A stretch of DNA of 64,000 nucleotides, taken from the NCBI GenBank assembly GCA_946402735.1, contig CAMIXH010000002.1:310080-374079 (forward strand). Direction: 5' to 3'. A program made the translations under genes and the position numbers. The notes beneath the pieces were generated by a model that was not told the origin of the DNA, searched no databases, and was given only the letters and a program-made list of their open reading frames with translations. Origin of the DNA: an uncultured Mycoplasmatota bacterium. Its GTDB lineage: Bacteria; Bacillota_I; Bacilli_A; RF39; UBA660. Shown piece after piece: positions 61,891 through 64,000 of the stretch (positions are counted from its first letter, which is position 1; every line of letters starts with the position of its first letter).

Positions 61891-63824
61891 TACTCCTCTT
61901 CTTTAGTATCCTTTTTTGCTTCTTCTACTATTTCTTCTTTTACTTCTTTTTTAGTTTCTTTTTTTTCTTCATGTTTAACTTTATAGTCACTATTTGCTTC
62001 AACTAAATCTTCTATTTCTTCTTTAGTTATAGTTTCTCTTTCAATTAAAGCATTAGCAAGTACACTAATTAATTTCTTTTCGCTAGAGACTATTCTTTTT
62101 GCTTCTTTATAACAATCATCAATAATTTTCTTTACTTCTTGATCTATTAATAATGCTACTTGATCTGAATAATTCTTAGTTTTATTATAATCTCTTCCTA
62201 AGAAAACACTTTCACTTTGATGCTCAAATTGCATTGGACCAAGAGAACTCATACCATATTCAGTAACCATGCTTCTAGCAATCTTAGTTGCTCTTTTAAA
62301 GTCATCACTTGCACCAGTTGAAATCTCATGCATGTATGCTTCTTCACTAGCACGTCCTGATAATAAAGTAATGATTTGTTCTTTTAATTCTTTTTCTGTA
62401 TAAACTAAAGTTCTTTCCTCTTTTGGAAGCATTTGTGTATAACCACCTGCTACCCCACGAGGTATAATTGTAATCTTATGAACTTCTTCACCATTTGGAA
62501 GAACTATTCCACTAACTGCATGACCAGCTTCATGATAAGCAACAATTTTCTTTTCATAATCACTTACTTTTCTACTAGTTTTAGCAGGTCCCATAAGAAC
62601 TCTATCACTAGCTTCATCTATTTCTTCCATTGTAATACTTTCTTTATTTCTTCTTACTGCTAATAATGCAGCTTCATTAAGTAAGTTTTCTAAATCAGCT
62701 CCACTATATCCTGGAGTTCTACTTGCTATAAATTTTAAATTGACATTTTTATCAAGTATTTTATTTTTAGCATGTACATTTAATATTTCTTCTCTTTCTT
62801 TAACATCTGGTTTTCCAACAGTTACTTGTCTATCAAATCTACCTGGTCTTAAAAGTGCAGGATCTAATACATCTGGTCTATTAGTAGCAGCTATAATTAT
62901 GATACCTTCATTTTCACCAAATCCATCCATCTCAGATAATAATTGGTTTAATGTTTGCTCTCTTTCATCATGTCCACCACCAAGTCCAGTTCCTCTTTCA
63001 CGACCAACTGCATCTATTTCATCAATAAATATTAAACAAGGAGCAGTTTGTTTAGCTTGTTGGAACATATCTCTAACACGAGAAGCACCTACACCAACAA
63101 ATAATTCTACAAAATCAGAACCACTAATATAGAAGAATGGTACTTTAGCTTCTCCAGCTACAGCTTTAGCAAGTAATGTTTTACCTGTTCCTGGAGGACC
63201 TACTAATAAAACTCCTTTTGGAATTCTAGCTCCCATCTTAGTAAACTTTTTAGGGTTCTTTAAGAAATCTATTAATTCTTGAACTTCTTCTTTTTCTTCT
63301 TTTAAACCAGCTACATCTTTAAATGTTTTAGTTCCACCCTCTTGAGATAATTTAGCTCTACTTTTACCAAAATCAAATGTACCTTTTCCATTACTTCCTA
63401 ATCTTGATAACATCATATAGAATAATACTCCTATTAATACAAGTGGAACAACATTAATTAATAGAGAAATCCAAATACTATTTTCTGGGTTTGTATTAGT
63501 TTCTACTTTTAAGTTATGTTCTTCTGCTACTGTATATATAGTAGATATTACTGTATCAGTATAAGGAATAGTAGCTTTAAAAGATTCATTCTTTTTATAA
63601 TCTTTTAATTTACCAGTTACAATGTATACTCCTGAACCACTTCTTGGTGTAATATTAATTTCTGTTACATTGTCGTTATTTATTTCACTAGTTAATTGTG
63701 TATAATTTAATTCATTTACTTTATTTCCGATTGAATTAGTAAATAATAATGAACCAATTACCACAACTAGTAATAATATATAAGGTAAAAAGTTCATGTT
63801 TCTTTTAGTTTTTTTAATATTCAT
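61890..63824 (-). CDS. ftsH: ATP-dependent zinc metalloprotease FtsH
   Basis: It has two TM helices, Walker [18 protein letters not shown], the SRH motif and the zinc site HEAGHA. Confidence 0.95.
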   Translation of the reverse strand: MNIKKTKRNMNFLPYILLLVVVIGSLLFTNSIGNKVNELNYTQLTSEINNDNVTEINITPRSGSGVYIVTGKLKDYKKNESFKATIPYTDTVISTIYTVAEEHNLKVETNTNPENSIWISLLINVVPLVLIGVLFYMMLSRLGSNGKGTFDFGKSRAKLSQEGGTKTFKDVAGLKEEKEEVQELIDFLKNPKKFTKMGARIPKGVLLVGPPGTGKTLLAKAVAGEAKVPFFYISGSDFVELFVGVGASRVRDMFQQAKQTAPCLIFIDEIDAVGRERGTGLGGGHDEREQTLNQLLSEMDGFGENEGIIIIAATNRPDVLDPALLRPGRFDRQVTVGKPDVKEREEILNVHAKNKILDKNVNLKFIASRTPGYSGADLENLLNEAALLAVRRNKESITMEEIDEASDRVLMGPAKTSRKVSDYEKKIVAYHEAGHAVSGIVLPNGEEVHKITIIPRGVAGGYTQMLPKEERTLVYTEKELKEQIITLLSGRASEEAYMHEISTGASDDFKRATKIARSMVTEYGMSSLGPMQFEHQSESVFLGRDYNKTKNYSDQVALLIDQEVKKIIDDCYKEAKRIVSSEKKLISVLANALIERETITKEEIEDLVEANSDYKVKHEEKKETKKEVKEEIVEEAKKDTKEEE

Positions 63825-63838
63825 ATATTTTTTCCTTT

Positions 63839-64000
63839 CTAATAATACCTAAGTATTATATCATATTTTTCATCATTTTTCTTATCATATTTAGATTTTT
63901 TTAATCCAGGAATCCATATTATGTTATCTTCTGCATCGAGTACTACTGGCCATATATCTCTATCTGAAGATTTAATTTTTTCATTGATAAAAATATCACT
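63839..64000 (-). CDS. tilS: tRNA(Ile)-lysidine synthase, C-terminal end (the gene starts beyond the right edge)
   Basis: Manual translation gives ...DIWPVVLDAEDNIIWIPGLKKSKYDKK...RYY*, a typical TilS C-terminus, in the usual position upstream of ftsH. Confidence 0.6.
   Translation of the reverse strand, partial: SDIFINEKIKSSDRDIWPVVLDAEDNIIWIPGLKKSKYDKKNDEKYDIILRYY

Overview
This is a 64-kb, very AT-rich window (about a quarter G+C by eye). It uses the standard genetic code (TGA is a stop, Trp is TGG) and is densely packed, with roughly 80% of genes on the minus strand. Gene content fits a small-genome, walled, low-GC Bacillota, possibly Erysipelotrichales or an RF39-like Bacilli lineage; that placement is inference only. 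Recognisable housekeeping genes are clpB (partial), trkH/trkA, addA/addB, gmk, a CBS-type family II pyrophosphatase, a DUF1846 protein, pyrP-upp, ogg, an LtaS-like gene, queH, an RNB exoribonuclease, dCMP deaminase, tsaB-rimI-tsaD, ftsH and tilS (partial), plus tRNA-Gly(GCC) and tRNA-Cys(GCA). I found no transposase, integrase, phage structural gene or CRISPR array. Most + strand ORFs in the supplied track are antisense shadows of minus-strand genes. Four loci look most worth follow-up. (1) A 723-aa adenosine-deaminase-fold protein with extra N- and C-terminal domains is tightly coupled to the CBS-pyrophosphatase gene; it resembles RdrB of RADAR but has no RdrA partner here. (2) An ABC-F ATPase is fused to an APH(3')-like aminoglycoside kinase domain. 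It sits behind a leader-peptide/terminator attenuator, next to a divergent TetR gene and an atypical KsgA/Erm-like methyltransferase. (3) A five-gene envelope cluster driven by a consensus promoter encodes a roughly 33-cysteine, repeat-built protein with a prepilin-like N-terminus, a membrane-anchored thioredoxin and a PTETE-repeat protein. (4) A translationally coupled LRR and transglutaminase-like pair shares a duplicated promoter/SD module with a neighbouring gene. Smaller regulatory observations are a perfect CIRCE operator over the clpB promoter, two candidate leaderless mRNAs, and a leader-ORF/terminator upstream of pyrP-upp. All functional calls come from reading motifs by eye; no database search was run.
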